From: Xylanibacter ruminicola 23
GTDB taxonomy: Bacteria > Bacteroidota > Bacteroidia > Bacteroidales > Bacteroidaceae
DNA: 32,000 nt
Assembly: GCF_000025925.1 (NCBI RefSeq)
Contig: NC_014033.1
Span: 420,001 to 452,000 of the forward strand
Direction: 5' to 3'
Positions 21,900 to 29,653 of the stretch are shown piece by piece. Under the pieces are notes generated by a model. That model searched no databases and was not told where the DNA came from. It saw nothing but the letters and a program-made list of their open reading frames with translations. Each line of letters begins with the position of its first letter. The stretch's first letter is position 1. Made by a program: the position numbers and the translations under genes.

Positions 21900-24347
21900 T
21901 TAGGGTAATTCCGCTAATACCTTGCGGTAGGTGTGGGTGTCGACGTGCTCGATGATGCCATCGGCCAGCAGGCGATTGATGTTACGCGAGGCGGTGGGCT
22001 GCGAACAGCCGAATACCTCGATGACATGTTTGGCCTTGAACTGCTCGGGCAACTGGCGATAGCACTCGTCGTAACGGGTGGTGCGGCGACGAACCACAAA
22101 CTCCTTGTCCTGGTCGGCAAAATAGTGGAATGCCATCTCGCCGAAAAAGAACTGCTGACTGCGGTACTGTATCTCCATCACCATGCGGCAGAATCGGCGG
22201 TCCATGTCGTCCATCGTCAGTGTGCGGTTCTGTTCCCATTCCTCCCAATGGCGCATCACGATAAAAGGCAGGGTGATGCCGATGCCGTAATAGGGTATGC
22301 GCTTTAGCAGCATGCGGTCGGCCTTGTCGTGGTTAAACTCGGCTATCTCCATGTGCTCGGTCTGCCACTCGTAGGTTTCGTCGTTCAGCGGTTCGATGGG
22401 TATCTCGCCTGCCACCTTGTCCAGTCGGTAGGCCCACATCTTCAGCGTTTCGTCGGAGCCCTCGATCACTTCCTGATGGCGCTTGGCTTTGCCGCGGTCG
22501 GGCAGGGGAATAACTGCCAGTCGACTACTCATGCCGGTACCAAAGTTGCGCTGGTTTACCTTGCGATGCAGGGCATAGGGTGTGCCGGTGTAGATGAAGT
22601 TCCAGTACACATTAAACATGCCGCTGATGCTCTCCTGGTTGGCATACATCTGTCCGTCCTCCTCGTTGTGAAAGGCCTTCAGCTCCATAATCTCGCGATC
22701 CTTCCAATCGCCACCTTTGTTGTTCTTGTTCACGTTGTCGAGCTCGGAATCGAACGACAGCATGTGCAGGTTTATCGGCTGGCCTTGGATGATTTCCTTG
22801 GCGGCCAGCATGTGGCGGATAAACTCGCCAGTGGCGGTTCGGGCGGGGTGCACACGTATGCCTACTTCGGGCTTTTTGAGTGCCTCGGCCTTCTGCGCCT
22901 TGGTGCTGGTGGTGCGCTCGGTTCGGCTCTCCTTATAACGGTTCAGAGCGTCGGTCATGCACTGGTCGGCCTGTATGATAGGGTCGGCTATCAGCTTGTA
23001 GAACTCCTCGATCATGTGCTTACCCGCACCTGGATCGCCAATGATGAAGATGCAGTAGTTGAGTCGGCGCATAATCTTGGGGTCGAACCAGAAGTGGTAC
23101 CACGCGCGGGTCATCAGCGTGCCGAAGAGAGCGCCCGACGAGAAGAGTACTGCGGGCAGTTTATGTGGATGCAGGTTAACAAACAGCTCCTTCATACAGG
23201 GGTAGTACTGGGCCATCTCGCGCAACTCGTCGGCCCATTTGTCCAGCGGCAACTGATCATAGATGTCGGCATCTGAATTTAGAATTGAGATTTTAGAATT
23301 TAGAGGTTCTACTATCGCCTGCATCTCTTTTGAGATTTTGGGTAGCCAGGGCTGACCTTTCTTGGCGGCCTGACTCTCCTGGGCTTTCAGATAGGTGGCG
23401 GCATCGGATACGGTGCGCTCTACGTCCTCGCCACGTTCGCGGATGATGGCCTGCACCCAGGGCTGTGCCTTTAATACCGACAGCACCAGACTTTGGTCGC
23501 GGTCTAACATAATGAGTAGGTCGCGTGCCAGCAGGATGCTGGATTCGTGGCGCGATACGCCCTCGCTGGCAAAATGCTGCTGGCTCCACTTGTCGACAAT
23601 CTCCATTACCTGCATGCCGTTGTAATTATCTTGCAACGGACCACAGGACTCTATGATTTTTTTCTCCGAGCCTAAATTATCCTTTTTCGTAGCCTGCGAC
23701 TGACCGTCTCGATATAGAGCATCAAATCGCGCAGAAAATGTTTCATCTTCATAGGTAAACAGTTTTTCTTCGTTAATATAAATAATGTCATCGGCGGTGG
23801 TCATGAAGGCCCCTCGGCTACCGTCCTTGCACGATTCATCGAGGGGAAGGCCCAGCTTGCGCGAAAAGTCGAGCTGGTTGTCGATGAGGTTGCCGATGGC
23901 TGGATCGGCGGTGAACACCGGTTTCAAGCCATGGCCAGATGGCGTGATGTAAACCAGCACGATGCGGGCCTTATCTTCGGGCGAGAGGCGCTCGTAGGCT
24001 TCGGCCCAAATCTTTCGAACGTCGCCCTGCAGATGGTCGTAGTCGGCCACCACCAGTCCGTTCAGGTGTACATGACTCTGACTGCGCCACATCGCCGTTT
24101 CCTTTCGCTTCTCGCCCGTGCGTTTGTTCTCCAGTTCCTTCTCCCATTCCTCAAAGGTGCCCACAAATATCATCAGCGCCAGCTGCTTTTTCTTGTCGGC
24201 ATAGGTCTTCTCGTCGCCGTTCTGGAGTGCCTGTCGGGCTTCGGTTACCAGTTGTATTGTTTGTGGTGCGCGGCAGTAAGCCCAGAACACCTCGGGTGTA
24301 ATCAGTCGCGTTCGCGAGTCAGTAAGTTGTTGTTGATAACTAAACAT
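21900..24347 (-). CDS. VirE/DUF3987-type primase-helicase-like replication protein (815 aa)
   Basis: P-loop reads IFIIGDPGAGKH. The architecture (long N-terminal domain, central NTPase, C-terminal region RNINRLLADGIIEH resembling a wHTH) matches my recollection of Bacteroidales VirE/DUF3987 proteins. Confidence 0.6.
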   Translation of the reverse strand: MFSYQQQLTDSRTRLITPEVFWAYCRAPQTIQLVTEARQALQNGDEKTYADKKKQLALMIFVGTFEEWEKELENKRTGEKRKETAMWRSQSHVHLNGLVVADYDHLQGDVRKIWAEAYERLSPEDKARIVLVYITPSGHGLKPVFTADPAIGNLIDNQLDFSRKLGLPLDESCKDGSRGAFMTTADDIIYINEEKLFTYEDETFSARFDALYRDGQSQATKKDNLGSEKKIIESCGPLQDNYNGMQVMEIVDKWSQQHFASEGVSRHESSILLARDLLIMLDRDQSLVLSVLKAQPWVQAIIRERGEDVERTVSDAATYLKAQESQAAKKGQPWLPKISKEMQAIVEPLNSKISILNSDADIYDQLPLDKWADELREMAQYYPCMKELFVNLHPHKLPAVLFSSGALFGTLMTRAWYHFWFDPKIMRRLNYCIFIIGDPGAGKHMIEEFYKLIADPIIQADQCMTDALNRYKESRTERTTSTKAQKAEALKKPEVGIRVHPARTATGEFIRHMLAAKEIIQGQPINLHMLSFDSELDNVNKNNKGGDWKDREIMELKAFHNEEDGQMYANQESISGMFNVYWNFIYTGTPYALHRKVNQRNFGTGMSSRLAVIPLPDRGKAKRHQEVIEGSDETLKMWAYRLDKVAGEIPIEPLNDETYEWQTEHMEIAEFNHDKADRMLLKRIPYYGIGITLPFIVMRHWEEWEQNRTLTMDDMDRRFCRMVMEIQYRSQQFFFGEMAFHYFADQDKEFVVRRRTTRYDECYRQLPEQFKAKHVIEVFGCSQPTASRNINRLLADGIIEHVDTHTYRKVLAELP

Positions 24348-24829
24348 TTATAAATTTCGCTGGTTAAATTAAACAAATCTCTTCTTGCCTCAAGCATGTT
24401 CTGGGTGTTGAATGCCATCCATGCCGTCAGCTTTCTCTCTTTTTCCTCGAAACATACCTTCAGGTTGTCCTGATTTAACAGAAACTCGCTGTTGGGCAGC
24501 TCGGGGGTGGCGATAGTAATGTCCTTGGTGAGTTTGGCCAGTTCCTTCTGGAAATAGGCAGCCTTGTCGGGCACGTTGTCGGGACATTTTAGTTCGATGC
24601 ATGTAAGTGGGTTCTTGCCCGTGGTGTCGTATCGTTTGGACCGGCCCACCTTCTTAACGTTGGTTTGTGCAGGCTGGCCACGTTCCTGGGGCGTAACCTC
24701 GATCGAGTCGTCGTCGAAAACGCGGGTGTTCGACTTGAAACTACGAATGCACTTTCTGCGTGGAGCTGTGGATGGCTGCTCCTCGGCCTTCTTGATTTCT
24801 TCCATAATTTCTAAATACTCTAAAGTCAT
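24302..24829 (-). CDS. Hypothetical protein (175 aa)
   Basis: The ORF starts 41-72 nt downstream of an exact Bacteroidetes promoter. Its 3' end overlaps the start of the next gene by 46 nt. Confidence 0.55.
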   Translation of the reverse strand: MTLEYLEIMEEIKKAEEQPSTAPRRKCIRSFKSNTRVFDDDSIEVTPQERGQPAQTNVKKVGRSKRYDTTGKNPLTCIELKCPDNVPDKAAYFQKELAKLTKDITIATPELPNSEFLLNQDNLKVCFEEKERKLTAWMAFNTQNMLEARRDLFNLTSEIYKCLVINNNLLTRERD

Positions 24830-24869
24830 TTTAAATTTGATGTTTGTTGCGAAATCCGGATTGCGAGTG

Positions 24870-24901
24870 CAAAAGTAGAGTCCAACTATCCAACTGCCAA
24901 A
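24870..24901 (-). promoter_or_regulatory. Bacteroidetes-type promoter (-33 TTTG, -7 TACTTTTG) on the minus strand
   Basis: On the plus strand, CAAAAGTA lies at 24870-24877 and CAAA at 24898-24901, with a 20-nt spacer. Confidence 0.6.
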
Positions 24902-24970
24902 ACTTTTTTGGCGGCAGCCGGTTGGTTGGCGTGTAGAATTGCTGTGGTTTGCGTGTGTTTATCGCCGTAT

Positions 24971-25013
24971 CAGAAAAAACAAAAAAAAATAGCTTCCCCC
25001 AATCGGGAGAAGC
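24971..25013 (-). terminator. Rho-independent terminator of the gene at 25038-26093
   Basis: A hairpin at 24992-25013 (9-bp stem with one mismatch) is followed on the minus strand by a long T-run (24981-24989, then more). Confidence 0.7.
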
Positions 25014-25037
25014 CAGTTGGACAGAATTGGGATGCGG

Positions 25038-26093
25038 TTAATTGGATTCTACGTGGGCTAACACCCATTCCAGGTAGGGCTGCTCGCGCTTCATGCCCAT
25101 GTAGGTGGCGTAGCACTCGGTCTTTACCTTGAAGTCGTGACGTATACGGATGGTTCGTGCCAGCTTGGGCTTGCTGCATTTAAATACACCTGCGCTGATG
25201 AGGCAGCCTGCCACCAGGGCCGGTATCTTGATGCGTTTCTTGCTGTTGGCCCAGTCTTCGGCAATCTTCCTGCCATGCTCTGAGGCCATCAGATTGTCAA
25301 CAAACTGCTCTATCCACTGGGCGTTGTACTTTTGCTTGTTGCTTACCAATGCCAATACTTCTGTCTGGGTGAGGATGCTCTTGATAATCTTGGCGGGCGC
25401 AAAAGCGTTGAACGGCTCAGGCTGCAGACGGTACTTGTTGATAATCGTCTGCAGCCTGGGGTTCTGCGCCACCAGGTCGGCATTCACCATGTCGAGTGTC
25501 GCATCGAGTTCGAACATAGCCCTGGCGTCCTCGTACGAGAAAGCTTTTATGTGCTTCATTGCATACTTACCGAACTTTTGGCGATCTATCATGATGATGT
25601 CGCCCTCTTTAATCAAGTAGCGCTTAAGTTTTGCCAACTCTTTCTTAAGGTTATCGTCGAGCTTTTCTTCGCACGATATCCATTGGGTAATCTCGTCGTC
25701 GTTGATTTCATTAACCTCATAGTTGAATGCATCCTCGTCGTACTTCATAATGTCGCGCTTAAGCACATCAAATATCACCTGCAAACGCTTATGCTTTAGC
25801 ATTTGGGGTGTCATGCAGCACAGGTCGCTTTTCCACTTGTTGTAGCTGTTAATGACTTCGGGGTCGGTTAGTAGCGGCTTTAATAGCTGATACAACTGCT
25901 GGTAGTCGATCTGTCCGCCCGAATTGTGAACCATCTCGGAGGTCTTAAGGATGGATAGCGATATGAGCATACTCTTTTGAAATAACTCCTGCATGTCGGA
26001 TGGTACGAGGTCCATGACATGATTCACTGGGTTGATTGTTGCAGATAATGTATCGATTATCTGCCTGAATGATAAGCTGTTTCTGTTGTCCAT
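25038..26093 (-). CDS. Hypothetical protein (351 aa)
   Basis: Long ORF with its own promoter and terminator. On the plus strand the -7 box CAAAGATA is at 26141-26148 and the -33 CAAA is at 26169-26172. Confidence 0.65.
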   Translation of the reverse strand: MDNRNSLSFRQIIDTLSATINPVNHVMDLVPSDMQELFQKSMLISLSILKTSEMVHNSGGQIDYQQLYQLLKPLLTDPEVINSYNKWKSDLCCMTPQMLKHKRLQVIFDVLKRDIMKYDEDAFNYEVNEINDDEITQWISCEEKLDDNLKKELAKLKRYLIKEGDIIMIDRQKFGKYAMKHIKAFSYEDARAMFELDATLDMVNADLVAQNPRLQTIINKYRLQPEPFNAFAPAKIIKSILTQTEVLALVSNKQKYNAQWIEQFVDNLMASEHGRKIAEDWANSKKRIKIPALVAGCLISAGVFKCSKPKLARTIRIRHDFKVKTECYATYMGMKREQPYLEWVLAHVESN

Positions 26094-26140
26094 AATTTTT
26101 ATGAATATTATTTATTTTAGGTTTATTCGTCAATGTAGTG

Positions 26141-26172
26141 CAAAGATAATGGAAAAATTGCAATTACGCAAA
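26141..26172 (-). promoter_or_regulatory. Bacteroidetes-type promoter (-33 TTTG, -7 TATCTTTG) on the minus strand
   Basis: Exact TAnnTTTG and TTTG are separated by 20 nt, about 48 nt upstream of the ATG at 26093. Confidence 0.6.
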
Positions 26173-26274
26173 TTTTTCGGGAAATAAAAAATATTCAGTT
26201 ATTCATTTATTCACATAGACGGGAATGCTTTTGCGTGAAAACGACTTGCCATTGCCTTAGTAGTATGTTAATAC

Positions 26275-26314
26275 TATATTATATAATTATATTATAATAT
26301 AATTATATAATATA
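26275..26314. repeat. 40-nt perfect, purely A/T palindrome
   Basis: TATATTATATAATTATATTA|TAATATAATTATATAATATA. I checked it base by base; symmetry breaks at the 26274/26315 pair. Confidence 0.9.
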
Positions 26315-26339
26315 AATATATATTTGAGAAAACTGAAAA

Positions 26340-26376
26340 CCTTCCTGTACATGTGAATAAATGAATAGTGAATAAA
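26340..26376 (+). repeat. Copy C of the ~36-bp direct repeat (CCTTCCTGTACATGTGAATAAATGAATAGTGAATAAA)
   Basis: It aligns with copies A and B. An inverted partial copy (TTATTCATTTATTCACAT, 26199-26216) lies on the other side of the AT palindrome. Confidence 0.85.
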
Positions 26377-26399
26377 ACCAGCTCTCCGTCACGATCGAC

Positions 26400-26456
26400 G
26401 AAACGTAACTTCTGACAGCCGAAAACGTAACTTCGGGGAGCCAGAAGTTACGTTTC
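26400..26456. promoter_or_regulatory. Three ACGTAACTTC-containing repeats (two direct, one inverted); the outer pair forms a perfect 15-bp inverted repeat
   Basis: GAAACGTAACTTCTG at 26400-26414, GAAAACGTAACTTCGG at 26421-26436, CAGAAGTTACGTTTC at 26442-26456. Confidence 0.75.
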
Positions 26457-26519
26457 TGTATTTTCGAGTATATATACTATAAGAACTTACAAAATCGCGT
26501 ATAAAAACTTGCTAAAATG

Positions 26520-26551
26520 TTTGGCGGTTTCAGAATTTTTTTGTATCTTTG
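26520..26551 (+). promoter_or_regulatory. Bacteroidetes-type promoter (-33 TTTG, -7 TATCTTTG) for the HU-like gene
   Basis: TTTG at 26520-26523 and TATCTTTG at 26544-26551 are 20 nt apart. The implied 5' UTR to the ATG at 26640 is about 80 nt. Confidence 0.65.
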
Positions 26552-26639
26552 CAGAGTAAATCAGATATGAAACGCACACACGGGAAGCGGCTGCCCGATG
26601 TAGTCAGTCGCACTTAAGTCTAATTAATACACACACATT

Positions 26640-27191
26640 ATGGCAAAAGTATTTTATCTGTTGAAGCAGAACAAGGTGAAGAACTCGAAGGTGAATGGCA
26701 AGTGGTTCGCCCATCAGAAGACTATCGAGACCTTGAACACCCGCAAGTTGGCGAACCACATTAGTGAGCACGGCTCTATCTACACCCCAGACGTGGTGTT
26801 TGGCGTGCTGGAGAAGTTCCGCAGCTGTCTGCTGGAGATGCTGCTTAATTCGAAGCGTGTGAAGATCGACGGTCTGGGTATCTTCTTCACCACCCTGGAG
26901 AATACCGAGGGCGGTGCCGAGAGCAAGGACAAGTTCCTGCCTCAGAAGAACCTGAAGGGATTGCACATCCGATTCCTGCCCGATTCGAGCACCGAGACCG
27001 ACATCTCGAGTCGTGAGTTCATCAAGAAGGCTGAGTTTGTAAATGCCGAGACGTTTGCCGGCACTATGGACGACGAGAATCCTTCGTCGGGCTCAGGTAG
27101 CGGCAGCCAGAGTGGTAGCGGCAATACCGGTGGAAACACTGGTGGCGGCAATACCGGCGGCGGAGGAAGTCACGAGCCTATCGGAGACTAA
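26640..27191 (+). CDS. Bacteroidales HU-family (histone-like) DNA-binding protein with a G/S/N/T-rich C-terminal tail
   Basis: The body reads ...KVNGKWFAHQKTIETLNTRKLANHISEHGSIYTPDVVFGVLEKF...VKIDGLGIF. The tail reads SSGSGSGSQSGSGNTGGNTGGGNTGGGGS. Confidence 0.75.
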   Translation: MAKVFYLLKQNKVKNSKVNGKWFAHQKTIETLNTRKLANHISEHGSIYTPDVVFGVLEKFRSCLLEMLLNSKRVKIDGLGIFFTTLENTEGGAESKDKFLPQKNLKGLHIRFLPDSSTETDISSREFIKKAEFVNAETFAGTMDDENPSSGSGSGSQSGSGNTGGNTGGGNTGGGGSHEPIGD

Positions 27192-27252
27192 GGGCTTGGG
27201 GCTTAGGCCCCAGCCCAACCTTAGAATGTAAAAATTGAAAAATGTAAGAATT

Positions 27253-27354
27253 ATGAGTAAGAAGGAAACCTTAAAGTTTATCGTGCAGATCATAGCATCT
27301 GTGGCTACGGCCATTGTTACCGCACTGGGAGCGACCAGCTGCATGGGAGCATAA
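27253..27354 (+). CDS. 33-codon small hydrophobic protein, 'smalltalk'-type ORF (not in the ORF track)
   Basis: MSKKETLKFIVQIIASVATAIVTALGATSCMGA*. Its position directly after an HU-like gene matches my recollection of the Bacteroidetes smalltalk family. A terminator follows. Confidence 0.55.
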   Translation: MSKKETLKFIVQIIASVATAIVTALGATSCMGA

Positions 27355-27376
27355 CCACCGCCTGGCCAATTAAGTA

Positions 27377-27410
27377 AGCACCCTGCTTCATTTTACTGAG
27401 GCAGGGTGCT
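27377..27410. terminator. Hairpin terminator between convergent genes
   Basis: A 10-bp perfect stem AGCACCCTGC/GCAGGGTGCT has a 14-nt loop and is followed by TTT. Confidence 0.65.
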
Positions 27411-27426
27411 TTGGCTATAATTGGAT

Positions 27427-28533
27427 TTATGTGTTTTCGACTACGCAGACGCGGCCGGATTGGCGCATCCAGGATTCGTGCTCTTTCAACTCCCTCTCGG
27501 AGCGGAGTACCCAGCAAAGGGGCGTGCGTATGGTGGCGGGTACCTTTGGCGGGGGCGCATAGCCATCGGTGTAGATAAGCGCACCATCGTATTCGGGATG
27601 CTTGGCCACAAAGTCGATAAAGGGCTGGAAAAGGGTGCCGCCGCGGCCGGTAACCTTGACGTTCTCGGAGGCTTTGACCAGGGTTTGCACTTCGCCCAGT
27701 TTCACGTCGAACTGCACCACATCAATCTGCTTGATGCCGTATTTGAAAAAACGGTTGATGGTGGAGTAGAAATTGCGCAGATCGGTCTTGGTGATGCTGC
27801 CACTGCAATCCACACCGATAAGCATGTGCGTGCAGAAATCGTAGCGACTGCCCATGGCATCGAATCCAAAGCGGCGGTTGGGGCGCATGCGTGTAAGCTT
27901 GCGCTTCTCGCTCAGGATGGAGGCGCGGAACCCAGCCAGTATCTTACGATAGTCGACACGTGCCTTGGTAGAGGCAATGATCTGGTCGACCAGATGGCCA
28001 GGCATCGATCCCCATGACTTGACATTGTTGATGACCTGGTCGACCTGGGCCGCCATCAGCTCGTCCTGCTGCCAGTTGGCTGCGAGATCGGAATCTGCGT
28101 CGGACTCTCCGGCCTGGCCTTGCTCACCCTTAGGCAGGAGCTGTTGTATGCTACGGGCATAAAACTCGTAGTGCTTCTGGGAGGGCAGCTCGAAGTCGAC
28201 AGGCTTTACCATCTCGAAAAAATGGAGACGGTAGTTGTCGGTTATGACACAGTTGCTGCCTAATGCCCTGGCCGTGGTGCTGCAGCCGTCGGGCTGGCGG
28301 TCGTAGGGGTGCTTGAGCAGGATACGGATCACCTCTACACGGAGGCGCTCCTCGAGTTCCTTGTCGCTGGTGTGGAAACACAGCAAGGGGTTGAACTCGA
28401 TAACGCCTCTGCCCACACGGGCGATGCACTTCATCTCGCGGTTCTCGACCACACGATGGGTGCAGAATGCTAAGAACAGCGGCTCGTCGCTGAGAAACCA
28501 GCGCTGGGCGATTCTGGCTATTCGTTCTTTCAT
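27427..28533 (-). CDS. VWA-like protein of the DUF2201 type (degenerate metallopeptidase-like N-terminal domain + VWA-like C-terminal domain)
   Basis: The N-terminus reads WFLSDEPLFLAF...VGRGVIEFNP...EVIRILLKHPYDR, and no HExxH is present. The MIDAS-like motif reads LIGVDCSGSI. Its start overlaps the upstream stop by 4 nt (ATGA). Confidence 0.65.
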   Translation of the reverse strand: MKERIARIAQRWFLSDEPLFLAFCTHRVVENREMKCIARVGRGVIEFNPLLCFHTSDKELEERLRVEVIRILLKHPYDRQPDGCSTTARALGSNCVITDNYRLHFFEMVKPVDFELPSQKHYEFYARSIQQLLPKGEQGQAGESDADSDLAANWQQDELMAAQVDQVINNVKSWGSMPGHLVDQIIASTKARVDYRKILAGFRASILSEKRKLTRMRPNRRFGFDAMGSRYDFCTHMLIGVDCSGSITKTDLRNFYSTINRFFKYGIKQIDVVQFDVKLGEVQTLVKASENVKVTGRGGTLFQPFIDFVAKHPEYDGALIYTDGYAPPPKVPATIRTPLCWVLRSERELKEHESWMRQSGRVCVVENT

Positions 28534-29609
28534 AGTGCTTCTACATAATCGTTTAACGTGTTGTACACCTTGGGGGCATTGATTACCATAAATGAGGCGG
28601 CCCTGATGTAGGTGTCCTTCTCAAAGATGGTGGTAAAGTTGGCAAGTGCCTCGCTGTTATTGCTGAGAAAATCGATGTACTTACCGAGGTTCTCGGCCAC
28701 GGTTTTCTTCTCGTTCTTCTTGAGTTCGGCATTTTCGAGGAAACGGAACACCGACTCGTTGAGGATGGCAAACTCGTGCAGCTGGTACTTCTCGACGGTC
28801 TTGATGGTCTTGTCGTACTTAAGCAGGAGGTCCTTGCCCGTGATGGCATTATGCTGCAGGGCACTCTGAATGAAGGCTGCTGCTGCGCCTACACCCACGA
28901 TGCCGGCGATGATGCGCTTGTGGATGTCGGTGATGGTGTCTACCTTGTGAATCACGTCGGATACATGCTTCCAGGCGCGGCGATCGGCGGTCTTGTCGAG
29001 TCCCTTGTATTCTCGGTTGTTGCCGTCGAGCCAGGTGGGGTTGTCCTGAATGAAATCTACTACACGGTCGTCGAGATGCTCGCTCACAGCCCAGTTGAGC
29101 CATTCCTCGACGGTGGGCTTGAACTCGTAGATGTTGAAACGGCTTACGAGTGCTGGATCGAGGTCGGTGAGCAGGTATTCGTCGCCATCGTTAACGGCCG
29201 ATATCACGTAGCTGCCTTTGGGCAGGGCCTTGCCTGCCAGCTTGCGATTCAGGGTGAGGTCCATCACCGTCTGGAGTATCTCTGGACGGGCGCGGTTCAA
29301 CTCGTCGAGGAAGAGCACAATGGGCTTCCCGTCCTGTGGGAACCAGTAGGGTGGGGTGAAGTCGGTGCGCGAGGTAGCCTTGCCGTTGGCATCGATCTGC
29401 TCTACCTTCGAGGGTATGCCGATGATGTCGCCCGGGTCGGCCATCTGTCCGAGAAACAGGGTTACTACTTTCATGCCCTTGCTATTGAAATAGCTGGTGA
29501 GGATTTCGGACTTACCGATGCCGTGCTTGCCCACGAGCATGATGTTCTGGGTTGAGGGGGTGAGCTCTAAGGTTTGCTTGAGCTCGGAGATATTAATCAT
29601 TACTGACAT
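28530..29609 (-). CDS. MoxR/AAA_5-type AAA+ ATPase
   Basis: Walker A reads LVGKHGIGKSE. Walker B plus the MoxR signature reads IVLFLDELNRARPEILQTVMDLTLNRKL. Confidence 0.8.
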   Translation of the reverse strand: MSVMINISELKQTLELTPSTQNIMLVGKHGIGKSEILTSYFNSKGMKVVTLFLGQMADPGDIIGIPSKVEQIDANGKATSRTDFTPPYWFPQDGKPIVLFLDELNRARPEILQTVMDLTLNRKLAGKALPKGSYVISAVNDGDEYLLTDLDPALVSRFNIYEFKPTVEEWLNWAVSEHLDDRVVDFIQDNPTWLDGNNREYKGLDKTADRRAWKHVSDVIHKVDTITDIHKRIIAGIVGVGAAAAFIQSALQHNAITGKDLLLKYDKTIKTVEKYQLHEFAILNESVFRFLENAELKKNEKKTVAENLGKYIDFLSNNSEALANFTTIFEKDTYIRAASFMVINAPKVYNTLNDYVEAL

Positions 29610-29610
29610 A

Positions 29611-29653
29611 GTACTACATTAAACATTAAACATTAAAGATTAAACATTAAAGA
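29611..29653 (-). repeat. Tandem 7-nt repeat (AATCTTT/AATGTTT, 6 units on the minus strand) filling an intercistronic spacer
   Basis: The minus strand reads AATCTTT AATGTTT AATCTTT AATGTTT AATGTTT AATGTAG. It lies between the stop at 29654 and the start at 29609. Confidence 0.8.

Noticed and set aside
21933-23276. Long plus-strand ORFs (21933-22307, 22329-23276, 22717-22938) opposite the primase-helicase-like gene
   Set aside because: They lie antisense to a much longer ORF with recognisable motifs. Their translations are rich in G, V, A, L and H, typical of stop-poor antisense frames in GC-rich DNA.
26567-26617. 16-codon upstream ORF (MKRTHGKRLPDVVSRT*) in the HU 5' UTR
   Set aside because: It is too short to support from sequence alone and may be chance. 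It would need conservation or ribosome-profiling evidence.
27090-27175. Nucleotide-level repeat in the 3' end of the HU-like gene (GGTAGCGGC / AATACCGG units)
   Set aside because: It is explained by the coding low-complexity G/S/N/T tail and is not an independent repeat element.
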